The notes under the pieces are model-generated. The model was not told the DNA's origin. It was given only the letters and a program-made list of their open reading frames with translations, and searched no databases. Positions 26,401-38,181 of a stretch of DNA of 64,000 nucleotides are shown in pieces. The DNA lies in NCBI GenBank assembly GCA_964036045.1, contig OZ038378.1:78616001-78680000 (forward strand), read 5' to 3'. This DNA comes from Eutreptiella sp. 'Long Island Sound 2002'. Its lineage: Eukaryota > Protista > Euglenida. The first letter of the stretch is position 1, and every line of letters begins with the position of its first letter. A program made the position numbers and the translations under genes.

Positions 26401-27960
26401 AGGCCCTGATGACCCAACCGGCCCTCCTGCCGGCCACTGACGGAGCACTCCGGCAGCAAGCCGGTGGTGGGGGCATAGTGTTCTATGCCCCTGGCGCAGG
26501 AGTGGTCCTGTGCGCGTGGTTCGGCTGCCTCGTGTGGGCCTCCCCTAGCTCCATGGAGTGGCTCGCCCGCTTGGTCGCCCTCGCCTTGCTGGATGGATGG
26601 AAGGGCACTCTCCTCTCCGCCCTCGATGCCACATCCGCCCTCTTCCGCTCCTACACCCGGCAGCCCCCCCAGTTCACTCTCCTTGACGCCCTGTGGCGCC
26701 GACTCATCCCCACGCTGCTGCACCTCGAATCCCACCACGAGCTGTGGCTTCGCGCTCAGCACGATACCACCGACCGTGACATTCTGGCCTCCCTCAACAG
26801 CATGGCCCACTCCCTCGCCACCCGGGGTGCCCGCGCGGCCACCCCCTGGACGATTCCCGTGCTGCCCCATCTCCATGAGCGCCTGGTGCTGTTTCACTGT
26901 GGAGCCCTCCTCCTTGACCCCGAGCTCGGCCTTGATGCCGCTTACCATGCGGCGGCCAGTGCCGCCTACTTCACATAAGGCCGCGAGACGTGTCTCCGCC
27001 CTGACGGAGCCGACTTCCTGGCGCTGCTGGAGGGCGACCAGCTGCCGACAGTGGCAGCCAAGCGCGCCTTCGCCTACCGCATCCTGGAGTGGCACCCACC
27101 GCCTGCCCTTGACATCCCCATGGAGTGCCACTTTTGCGCGCTCACCCACCCCCAGCTGGCCCGCCACGTGCGCAGTCGCTGCATGCCAGCATACCAGCGC
27201 CTCCTGTGGGCCCAGGCCATCGTCCTGCAATCAGTCCCTGCCGCCCAGGGGGGGTATGTATGCCCTGACGGCACCCTGTACTCGTCAGCCGGACGCCCCC
27301 TCCTACGGTGCACATGGGACGGCCTCTTCCTGAACACCGACATCCTGCCCGACACCGTCACCCTATCTGGCCTCTGGTACCCTGCCAACGGCACAGGCAG
27401 CTCCCCACTCCTGCCTGTGAAGTGCCGTGCCCTCGTCCAACGCGTTACCCAAGCCCTGGCTACCGCAGTGCCCGACCTGCCGACCGTCCTCAACGAATGG
27501 GCTGCCTTGCAACCCCGCCTTCGACCCCCGCCGTACACTCCGCCGCAGCACCTCCCGGTGTCCGCGGACCGCTCTGGAGATAAACTATGTTGGGAATATT
27601 CTATAACTATGGCCTTGCTGGTGCGAGGGCGGGTCAAGTGGCGCGTGCGCTGGTCAGGCCCCCTCCAGGTGGCCCTGCCCGTCGAGCCCGATTGGCACCC
27701 GGCGGAGGCCACTACCCTGGTAGCGGCACCGCCCGCGCGCCTGCCTTGGGCGCTGGCTCAGCTGGCAGACCTGTCCGCCCTGCGCTCCTCCGGGGGCTAT
27801 GCCCTCCTCACAGGTGAATCACCCGGGAGCGCGGCGCTGGCTCTCTTAGAGCCTATGCAGCCACACCCGATCCGGGGCTTGTGGCTCTACGTCAGCCCTG
27901 GAGTACCGCACACTTGGCCCTTGTGCGGCGATCTGCCGCCCACAGCGTGAACACTCGACA
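23500..27960 (+). mobile_element. Non-LTR retrotransposon (LINE) with RT, RNase H and CCHC finger; frameshifted
   Basis: RT: SAGLDQ.P, IDKNKPNP..HRPVTLTS, DPADAF, GWNQGDNPS, SYSDD, LPMVQGGPG. RNase H: ATDGA..GGGIV, SMEWLA, LDATSA, WLRAQH..LNSMAHSLA. Finger: CHFC-x9-H-x4-C. The 5' limit (Pro/Ser-rich ORFs from 23567) is approximate. Confidence 0.88.
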
Positions 27961-29184
27961 GTAAAGAAATTAGAGGCATCCCCCGCGTTGTGCCTGCTAT
28001 GTGTGTGCCCCCCGCCTGCTTGCCTGATAGGAAGCCAGATGACCCCCCCCGGGAACACCCCACCCCCCCGGGAACGCCCCACCCCGAGAGACACAGACGG
28101 GGAAGGGGGGCGACGTGAGACCGAAGACCCTGAGCCCCGGCGCCCAAGGCATGTGGGACAGGCGCGGCAAGTCCGTGTGACCCGGCATGCGCCGAGGACA
28201 GCCAGGGCGCCGTGCCCCGCGCGCTCCGCACCCGACACCCCAGCCCAAGCCCTGCCCGCGCGCACGCCTACACACAGGACGACGGTATCTTCCGCCCACC
28301 AGCGCTTCAGTGGGGTCTGGTGGCTGTCGATAGTCCGCTCGGCCTTGGAACCGGACAGTCAGGTTGTTGAGCCTCGTGGTGGGGCAGGGAAGGACGCCCA
28401 CACCCGAGGGCCTGCTCCTGCACCAGGCCGCCAGCCCAACCCAACCCAACCCCCCCCCAACCCACTGTTCACGGGCCCTACAGTGCCAACACATTGCAGC
28501 TCATCCGGGAGAATCACGGGTGTGGGGTTCAGTATTTCGTAGACGGGGTGCTGAACCGTCGAGCGATGTACCGGTTTGCGGTTCAGCAGCCCAAGAAAAA
28601 CGCCCTGCAGGTTTGGCAGGAGGGCATGCAAATTAGCCGTTGGCATTTCCTCAGAAGGGACGGGGAGCGTGCAGTGGTGCTTGAAATCCTGTGTGCTACC
28701 CCAAAACCCCCCCGTATCCCCAAGCCGGCCCCATAACCTGTGCCTCGTCGGCCGCTGCCCCCTCCGCCAAGTGATCAGGTGACGCTGACCCAGTATAGCA
28801 CGCACCGCCGTACCTCACTCCTCCCACCGGCTCCGGCACCAAAGCGGCCATGCGCCACCCCGCAGTACGGTTCATTGCTCCCGCGGCGTGCGTGTCAGTC
28901 CGCCCCGCCACCGGTGAGGCCGCAATTTGGGTCATTGCTCCCTACGCAAGCCCCCCTGCAGCGACCCCAGACTTTGGCGAGACGTTCGAATTTCTAGCCC
29001 TTCGGCCAGTGTGCACCGAGCGTCTCTTACACATAGGGGACTCTTCCAAATGGCTCCAAAATGGCTCCCCAAGAGCAAGTATGGTCCAAAGCCCAAGCCA
29101 CAGGCCACGGCACCACCCGGGGGTGTGGATTTTGTTATGATCCCACCGCAACCCTCCTCACCACCACCACCACCACCACCATTG

Positions 29185-29845
29185 CGCGCCCCAGACCCGC
29201 AGCACGCCGCCCCTGTCCCGGCCATGGCGCCAGCTGACTCGGGCGCGCCACAGGGTGCTCCACCCTCTGAGGCCCATCGAAAGCATGCCGTAGAGCCGCA
29301 GCAATGCGCCCCCGTCCGGGCCATGGCGCCAGTGGACGCGGGCGCGACACGGTGCTCCACCCTCTGCCCTGCGAATGTGTGCCCCAGAGCCGCAGCAATC
29401 CGCCCCCGTGGCGGCCATGGCGCCGTTGGAGTCGGGCGCACGACAGGGTGCTCCACCCTCTGCCCAGCGAATGCGTGCCCCAGAGCCGCAGCAATCCGCC
29501 CATGTCCCGGCCATGGCGCCGTTGGACTCGGGCGCGCCGCAGGGTGCTCCCCCCTCTGCCCATCGAATGCGTGCCCCAGAGCCGCAGCAGTCTGCCCCCG
29601 TCCCGGCCATGGCGCCGGTTGACTCGGGCGCGCCGCAAGGTGCTCAACCCTCTGCACGACCAATGCGTGCCGCTGAGCCGCAGCAGTCCATCCCCATCAA
29701 GGCAGTGCCGACAGCTGCCTCGGGTGCGCCACAAGGTGGTCAACCCTCAACACAACCACTGTGTGCCGCTGAGCCACAGCACTCCACCCCTGTCCCGGCC
29801 ATGGGGCCGGTCGACTCGGGTGCGCCACAAGGAGCTCAACGCTGA
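29185..29845 (+). repeat. Coding tandem repeat, 96-bp / 32-aa unit (EPQQSAPVPAMAPVDSGAPQGAPPSAQRMRAP), about 7 copies
   Basis: Directly visible in ORFs 28927-29622 and 29375-29845. It lies immediately upstream of the helicase frame. Confidence 0.9.
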
Positions 29846-29887
29846 TCACAACCATCATGTGCCGCTCCGCCACAGCAGCCAGCACTG

Positions 29888-32800
29888 TTGCCCACTTGGG
29901 GCACATTGAACAACATGGACTACGGTCCTGATGACAACCTCGTGGAAGGGTTTACACAACGGTGGCTTGACCGCGACAGGTTTGTGACCAAAGCATCAGA
30001 GGTGTACACTGTCCATGAGATGGAGGCTGCTGAGGTGTGGGCAAACAAGAACGGCATGAAGCGGAACGTGGCCTTTGAGGAATGGTGGCCCCAAGATGAT
30101 GGCGATGAGGATGGGAATGTGCCCCCACAGCCACAATGGGCCTCCCTAATGGAGGTCTGGGGCAACTATGAGCTGTCCGATGGTGACATGGTGCATGGCT
30201 GGATCACTGCCAACCACAACTGGGACACCTTGAAGCCGGACTTCGAGGCGAGGGTGCATGGAGATGGCATCTCAGGACAGCGTGTTTGGATCAGCTGTGC
30301 TAATAAGCCACACGCCAATCTCACTGGCACCTATTGCTGTAAGGTTGTCTCCGACACAGGTGCCTTTCGCGCCTTGCGTAGGGAGATCCAGCACGGATTA
30401 GCATGGCCCAAACTGCTGGCAAACATCCGGGCCGAACCAAGGGACACGCCTCCCCTGTCAAACGAGGACCACGACATCTTGAAACACCTTGTCAAACGCC
30501 ACGCGTTGAATCCCTCACAGGCGTTGGATTTGCGGCAGGTGTCGGATGAGTCTTGCATCACAGCATTGAATGGAGGTGCTGGCACAAGGAAGTCAGAGAC
30601 CATGGTGGCATGCATCAAGGCCGTGCTATGGCAGCAAGGCCTCCTGGTCGCCCAGAACCCCGATCTTGCTCACCTGGGAACGTTCAACAGGGGCAGGAAG
30701 GTGGGGGGACCTGAGGAAGATACCCAACCCCCCGCATGCGTGTTGGTGACTGCACCCACGAACGCACAAGTCGACATGTTGTTGGCACGCGTGCACGAGG
30801 AGTGTTACAAGGACAGTGTGTTTCGTGAGAAGGTGCTTGGTGACCACCCAGCCCCCTGGTTGCGCCTCCGAGCCCAACGGGCTACCGCCCCACCAAGCCT
30901 TGCACCTTTCGACCAGCTGAAGGTGCAGGAGACCTTGGGGCGCACCGCAGGTTGCAAGGCTACCCTCAAATGTGCGCTCAACTCTTGCTGTGTGCTGTTT
31001 GCCACGGCTGGGATGCTTGCTACCCGGCACAAGATGCTGCTTGGGAAAGGGAAGGAAAAAACCAGGTTTGCGTTTAGCTTTGTGGATGAGGCGTGGAGGC
31101 ACATCATCCCCCTGGGCCTGGACTTAGCCGCCATGCTCAGCCAATGTCTGCTGTGTGGTGACCCCGGCAGTTGCGGCCCTACAGCCACGTCCAGCTTTTG
31201 GCAAGTGCGTGTGAGGATGAGAAGGCTGAGGTACTCCCCGAAGCAGTGGCATGGCCAGCGGATGACACCTTCAAGTTCAACGGGGTTATAAGGCACTCTC
31301 CTGGCCCGCAAGTGCATTGGCATGATTCGCATCGGTTTTGCACCACCAGCACCTTGCAATTCTTTTCGTACTGCACGCGCTGCCGGGCCAGTATCCTGGT
31401 GCAACAGTACCGGATGACCATGCCACGCTCATGCGTGCCTTGTTTACGGGGGGCGCTGTTGGCCACTACCACTCATTTGAGAACCCCCTCCCCGACCCCA
31501 TCCTAAACAACCCCATCCGCATTGTGGACCTCAATGGGCCCACCTGGTGGGAGGAGTTGGAGCGGACTTTGGGGGCAGAGAACCTAGGTAGAATGTTCAA
31601 TCATGTAGAGGAGGCATGGGCCAACCTGCGAATGGATCCGGTGTTGCTAAACAAGGGGGGCCTGAGCATGGAGGAGGGTGTGCTGGTGTGCCATTTTTTG
31701 GAGTATGCTGTCAGGAGAGGCACCTACCAAGCACAGTCGGTAGCGGTACTGACGACTCACTATGCGCAGATGGTGGGCTCCAACACTCCGTGAGGTTTGT
31801 TGGTCGCAAGTGGCAGGCCCACCCGGTAAACCTTCTGACAACGGTTGCGACCCTCCATTGGTTCTAGGGGCTGCAAGCCCGAGTGATCCTGGCCTCCCTG
31901 GTGTCCCCGACACCAGGGATCATGCACGACACCTGGCGGTCAAACACCCTGACCAGCAGGGCGCAGTAGGAGCTGCACCTCTTCGGGCGGTGTACAGAGT
32001 GGACCAACCAGCTCACCCCTGGTGTATGGGTGAATGCACTGCACGCGGTGTAGTGGGAAGCAGGCTCCAGGACTGTGAGCGACACTCTTCAGCTGGCAGG
32101 GGTTCTGAGGGAGGCCGCAGCTGTTGAGAGGATTGTGCATGGCACAATCTACCGGTTGGCCGGGGGGGTGGTGGGGCACAGGCTGTGGAAGCCATGGCAG
32201 AGGCACAAGAGGGCACGGGACCCATGGGGGTATGCACCAGGCAGTGCGGATCAGTTGCTTGACTTTGAGCGCATCATGGCCAACACTCGGAAGGATGAGG
32301 TGTCAGTCCGTGTCAAGGATGCACTGGGGAACATTGTGAACCCCCGCCATCTGGGGGTCATCCTACCTGACTTCACCGAATGGGCGCTCCTGTACGTCCT
32401 GGTTGAGGACGATGGGCAGGATTCGGGGGACTGGGGGGGCCTGGTGAGGGTAACCAACACATCCAAGCTTGACCTGTGGGAGCAGCGACTCGTCCAACAC
32501 TTGGTGGGAAAGCCCTTCTACCACAAGCAGAAGTACCGAAATCAAAACACAGTAGGGACGTAACGGACGATCAACCTGCCCTTGTGGCAGGACGCGTACA
32601 ACTGCTTGGATTCGCTGCCGTTCTTGTCAGGGGACTTCCGCACCCCTATTGGGGTGTACGTGGCGTCCCTGTTCCATGGGGTGGACCGCTGCCCTAGGAC
32701 CCTTGGGGTGTGAGCACCAGTTTAGGTGCACGAGGAGGAAGCCCCCCTTGGGTGGCGCAAGCTGCCCCACGGGGTGAAAGATTACGTTTTGGGGCGCCAC

Positions 32801-33138
32801 TAAGTTGACCCTCTGAGGCAGCATGGTTTCCATGCAGGCCTGACCATGGCGCCAAGCGTGCATGTTGTCTAACCCTGTCTGTAGAAGAACATGCATTGAC
32901 CCATGACGTTTGACCATCCCTGGCACATCACGAGAGTACCAGTCACAGCACCACCGGGAAGGGGTACACACATGTGATCACCACCTTGTTTGCTGCTTTG
33001 TACGTTGACTATGTTTGCCTGCAATGGTACGAGTGTGCCCATGGCTGCCTACCCAAGATTGAAGGAGGTCTCCAAGGTCTTCAGACAATGTCCACGTGGG
33101 GTTGCCCGAAAAGGAGGTTGAAGACACGCCAATGATAA
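29888..33138 (+). pseudogene. UPF1/SEN1/DNA2-like superfamily 1 helicase (AAA_11 + AAA_12) with unknown C-terminal extension; decayed
   Basis: LNPSQ (Q motif), GGAGTRKSET (Walker A, G>R), LVTAPTNAQVDML (Ia), FVDEA (Walker B), GDPG|QLRP (III, frameshift), LVQQYRM (IV), VAVLTTHYAQ, TVATLHWF*GLQARVILASL (V) and RSNTLTSRAQ*ELHLFG (VI). Coding-like text continues to TGA TAA at 33133-33138. Confidence 0.88.
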
Positions 33139-33165
33139 TTGACATTCGACAATGATAAATGACAA

Positions 33166-36100
33166 TTGACGGATGTATGTCCGTCAAATATTTAGGGGGC
33201 CGACACCCCCAAAATGTTTGACGGATGTGTGTCCGTCAAATATTGGGGGGGTGTAGACCCCCAAAATATTTGACGGATGTGCGTCCGTCAAATTTTGGGG
33301 GCTGTAGACCCCCAAAATATTCGACGCAGGTACGTCCGTCCGATATTTTGCGGGTGTAGACCCCCAAAAATATTTGACGGATGTACGTCCATCAAATATT
33401 GGGGGGGCCTACACCCCCGAAATGTTTGACGGGTGTGGTTCCGTCAAATGTTTGGGGGGTGTAGACCCCCAAAATATTTGACCAATGTGCGTCCGTCAAA
33501 TATTTTGGGGGTCTACACCCCCCAAATATTTGACGGACGTACATCCGTCAAATATTTTGGGGATGTAGGCGCCCCAAATATTTGACGGACGCACATCTGT
33601 CAAATATCTTGGGGGTGTAGGCCCCCCAAATATTTAACGGATGTACATGCGTCAAATATTTTGGGGGTGTAGGCCTACGCCCCCAAATATTTGACGGACG
33701 TACGTCCTCAAATATTTGGGGGGTGTGGACCCCGAAATATTTGACGGATGTGGTTCCGTCACATATTTGGGGGCTGTAGACCCCCAAAATATTTGAGGGA
33801 TGTGGTACCGTCAAATATATTGGGGGCTGCAGACCCCCGAAGTATTTGACAGATGTGGTTCTGTCAAATGTTTGGGGGGCCGAAACACCCAAAATATTTG
33901 ACGGATGTGGTTCCGTCAAATATTTTGGGAGTGTAGGCCCCCCAAATGTTTGACGGACGCACATCCGTCAAATATTTTGGGGGTGTAGGCCCCCAAGCAT
34001 TTGACAGAACCACATCCGTCAAATATTTTGGGGGTGTAGGCCCCCCAAATATTTGACGGACGTACATCCGTCAAATATTTTGGGGGTGTAGGCCCCCCAA
34101 ATATTTGACGGATGCACGTCCGTCAAATATTTTGGGGGTGTAGGCCCCCCAAATATTTGACGGACGCACATCCCTCAAATATTTTGCGGGTGTAGGCCCC
34201 CAAAATATTTGACGGATGTACGTGCGTCAAATATATGTGGGGTGTAGACCCCCAAAATATTTGGCGGATGTGGTTCCGTCAAATATTTTGGGGGTGTAGG
34301 CCCCCCAAATGTTTGACGGACGCACATCCGTCAAATGTTTTGGGGGTGTAGGCCCCCCAAACATTTGACAGAACCACATCCGTCAACTATAGCCTAGGCC
34401 CCCCAAATATTTGACGGACGTACATCCGTCATATATTTTGGGGGTGTAGGCCCCCCAAATATTTGACGGACGCACGTCCGTCAAATATTTTGGGGGTATA
34501 GGCCCCCCAAATATTTGACGGACGCACATCCGTCAAATATTTTGGGGGTGTAGGCCCCCCAAATATTGGACGGACGTACATCCGTCAAATATTTTGGGGT
34601 TGTAGGCCCCCCAAATATTTGACGGATGTACATGCGTCAAATATTTTGGGGGTGTAGGCCCCCAAAATTTTTGACGGACACACATCCGTCAAATAATTTG
34701 GTGGTGTAGGCCCCCCAAATATTTGACGGATGCACGTCCGTCAAATATTTTGGAGGTGTAGGCCCCCCAAATATTTGATGGACACACATCCGTCAAATTT
34801 TTTGGGGGTGTAATCCCCCCAAATATTTGACGGAACCACATCCGTCAAATATTTTGGGGGTCTACACCCCCCAAATATTTGACGGACGTACATCCGTCAA
34901 ATATTTTGGGGCTGTAGGCCCCCCAAATATTTGACGGACGCACATCCGTCCATTAGTTTGCGGGTGTAGGCCCCCCAAAATTTTTGACGGACGCACATCC
35001 GTCAAATATTTTGGGGGTGTAGGCCCCCCAAATATTTGACGGACGGACATCCGTCAAATATTTTGGGGGTGTAGGGCCCCCAAATATTTGACGGACACAC
35101 ATCCGTCAAATATTTGGGGGTCTACACCCCCCAGATATTTGATAGATGTACATGCCTCAAATATTTTGGGGGTGTAGGCCCCCCAAATGTTTGACGGACG
35201 CACATCGGTCAAACATTTTGGGGGTGTAGGCCCCCCAAATATTCGACGGACGCACATCCGTCCAATATTTTGGGGGGTCTGCACCCCCCCAACATTTGAC
35301 GGACGCACATCCGTCAAATGTTTTGGGGGTGTAGGCCCCCCAAATATTTGACTGAACCACATCCGTCAAATATTTTGGGGGTGTGCACCCCCCAAACATT
35401 TGACAGACCTACATCCGTCAAATATTTGGGGGGCCTACACCCCCAAAATTTTTGACGGACGCACATCCGTCAAATTTTTTGGGGGTGTAGGGCCCCCAAA
35501 TATTTTACGGACGCACAGACGTCAAATATTTGGGGGTCTACACCCCCCAGATATTTGACAGATGTACATGCGTCAAATATTTTGGGGGTGTAGGCCCCCC
35601 AAATGTTTGACGGACGCACATCGGTCAAACATTTTGGGGGTGTAGGCCCCCCAAAGATTCGACGGACGCACATCCGTCCAATATTTTGGGGGGTCTACAC
35701 CCCCCCAATATTTGACGGACGCACATCCGTGAAATATTTTGGGGGTGTAGGCCCCCCAAATTTCTGACGGAACCACATCCGTCAAATATTTTGGGGGTGT
35801 ACACCCCGCAAACATTGGACAGACCTACATCCGTCAAATATTTTGGGGGTCTACACCCCCCAAATATTTGAAGGAACCACATCCGTCAAATATTTTGGGG
35901 GTCTACACCCCCCAAATATTTGACGGAACCACATCCGTCAAATATTTTGGGGGTCTACACCCCCCAAATATTTGACGACATACATCCGTCAAATATTTTG
36001 GGGGTTTACAGCCCCAAAATATTTGACGGCCGCACATCCGTCAAATATTTTGGGGGTCTACATCCCCCCAATATTTGACGGACGGGGTTCGGCCAAATAT

Positions 36101-37846
36101 TTGAGGCGTGTAGACCCCCCAAATATTTGACGGACGTACCTCCGTCAAATATTTGGAGGGCCTACACCCCCAAAATATTTGACGGATGTGGTTTCGTCCA
36201 ATATTTGGGGGGCCTACACCCCCAAATTATTTGACGGATGTGTGTCCGTCAAATATTTGGGGGGCCTACACCCCCAAAATATTTGACGGATGTGGTTTCG
36301 TCAAAAACTTGGGGGGTGTAGACCCCCGAATCATTTGACGGAGAAGCGTCTGTCAAAAATTTGGGGGGCCTACACCCCCCAAATATTTGACGGATGTACG
36401 TCCGTCAAATATTTGGGGGGCCCAAACCCCCAAAATATTTGACGGATGTACATCCGTCAAATATTTGGGGGGTGTAGACCCCCAAATGTTTGACGGATGT
36501 ACATCCGTCAAATGGTTGGGAGGCCTACACCCCCAAATTATTTGACGGATGTGCGTCCGTCAATTATTTGGGGGGCCTACACCCCCAAAGTATTTGACGG
36601 ATTTGGTTTCGTCAAATACTTGGGGGGTGTAGACTCCCGAATTTTTTGACGGATGTGCGTCCGTCAAAAATTTGGGGGGCCTACACCCCCAAAATATTTG
36701 ACGGATGTACGTCCGTCAAATATTTGGGGGCCCAAACCCCCAAAATATTTGACGGATGTACATCCGTCAAATGGTTGGGGGGCCTACACCCCCAAAAAGT
36801 TTTACCGATTTGGTTCGGTGAAATATTTGGGGCGTGTAGACCCCCCAAATATTTGACGGACGTACATCCGTCAAATATTTGGGGGGCCTACACCCCCAAA
36901 ATATTTGACGGATGTGGTTTCGTCAAATACTTGGGGGGTGTAGACCCCCAAATTATTTGACGGATGTGCGTCCGTCAAATATTTGGGGGGCCTACACCCC
37001 CAAAATATTTGACGGATGTACGCCCGTCAAATATTTGGGGGGCCTAGACTATATTTGACGGATGTGGTTCCGTCAAAAATCTTTTTGGGGCCTACACCCC
37101 CGAAATATTTGACGGATGTGCGTCCGTCAAATATTTGGGGGGCCTACACCCCCTAAATATTTGACGGACGCACATTCGTCATATATTCTCGGGGCCTAAA
37201 CCCTTAAAATATTTGACGGATGTGCCTCCGTCAAATATTTCGGGGCTGTAGACCCCCGATATATTTGACGGATGTGGTTTCGTCAAATATCTGGGGGGTG
37301 TAGACCCCCAAAATACTTGACGGATGTGCGCCCGTCAAATATTTGGGGGGCCTACACCCCCAAAATATTTGACGGATGTGCGTCCATCAAATATTTCGGG
37401 GGCCTACACCCCCAAAATATTTGACGGATGTGCGTCCATCAAATATTTGGGGTGCCTACACCCCCAAAAATTTTTGAGGGATCTGCGTCCGTCAAATGTT
37501 TGGGGGGCCTACACCCCCAAAATATTTGACGGTCGTACATCCGTCAAATATTTGGGGGGGCTACACCCCCAAAATATTTGACGGATGTGCGTCCATCAAA
37601 TATTTCGGGGGCCTACACCCCCAAAATATTTGACGGATGTGCGTCCATCAAATGTCTGGGGTGCCTACACCCCCAAAGTTTTTGAGGGATCTGCGTCCGT
37701 CAAATGTTTGGGGGGCCTACACCCCCAAAATATTTGACGGACGTACATCCGTCAAATATTTGGGGGGCCTACACCCCCAAAGTATTTGACGGATGTGCGT
37801 CCGTTAAATATTTGGGGGGCCTACACCCCCAAAATATTTGACGGAC
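33166..37846. repeat. 4.7-kb palindromic satellite, 52-bp unit, about 90 units
   Basis: Unit AAATATTTGACGGA-(6-nt loop)-TCCGTCAAATATTT-GGGGG-(7-nt loop)-CCCCCA. Both halves are hairpins and share the self-palindromic AAATATTT. Copy number is estimated as length divided by unit size. Confidence 0.97.
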
Positions 37847-37952
37847 ACGGTGCGTCCCGGTTGTGGGGTTTCACCTGTACCGTTTCTCCTTGTAGTTTGT
37901 TTTTGCCTGATTACATCTTTTCCGGTGTGAGTTCGCGTTCTGCCAGTTAGCC

Positions 37953-38175
37953 TACTGTGCGCCTTTGAGCCACAGCTTTCGGTTTTGGTCCGAGCCATTG
38001 CGCTTTGCGACTGAACCCTGATCGCCTACTGTGCGCCTCTGAGCCACAGCTTTCGTTTTCGAGCTGAGCCATTGCGCTTCGTGACTGAACCCTGGTCGTC
38101 TACTGTGCGCCTTTGAGCCACAGCTTTCGGTTTCAGCCTGAGCCAGTGCGCTTTGCGACTAAGCCTTGACGTAAC
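37953..38175. repeat. 74-bp tandem repeat, 3 copies
   Basis: TACTGTGCGCCT(T/C)TGAGCCACAGCTTTCG starts at 37953, 38027 and 38101. Confidence 0.92.
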
Positions 38176-38181
38176 CACTGC

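Noticed and set aside
33166-37846. CRISPR array or protein-coding repeat
   Set aside because: The variable parts are only 6-7 nt and drawn from a few recurring alleles, so there are no unique spacers, and no cas genes are present. The ORFs are short products of a 52-bp (non-triplet) period.
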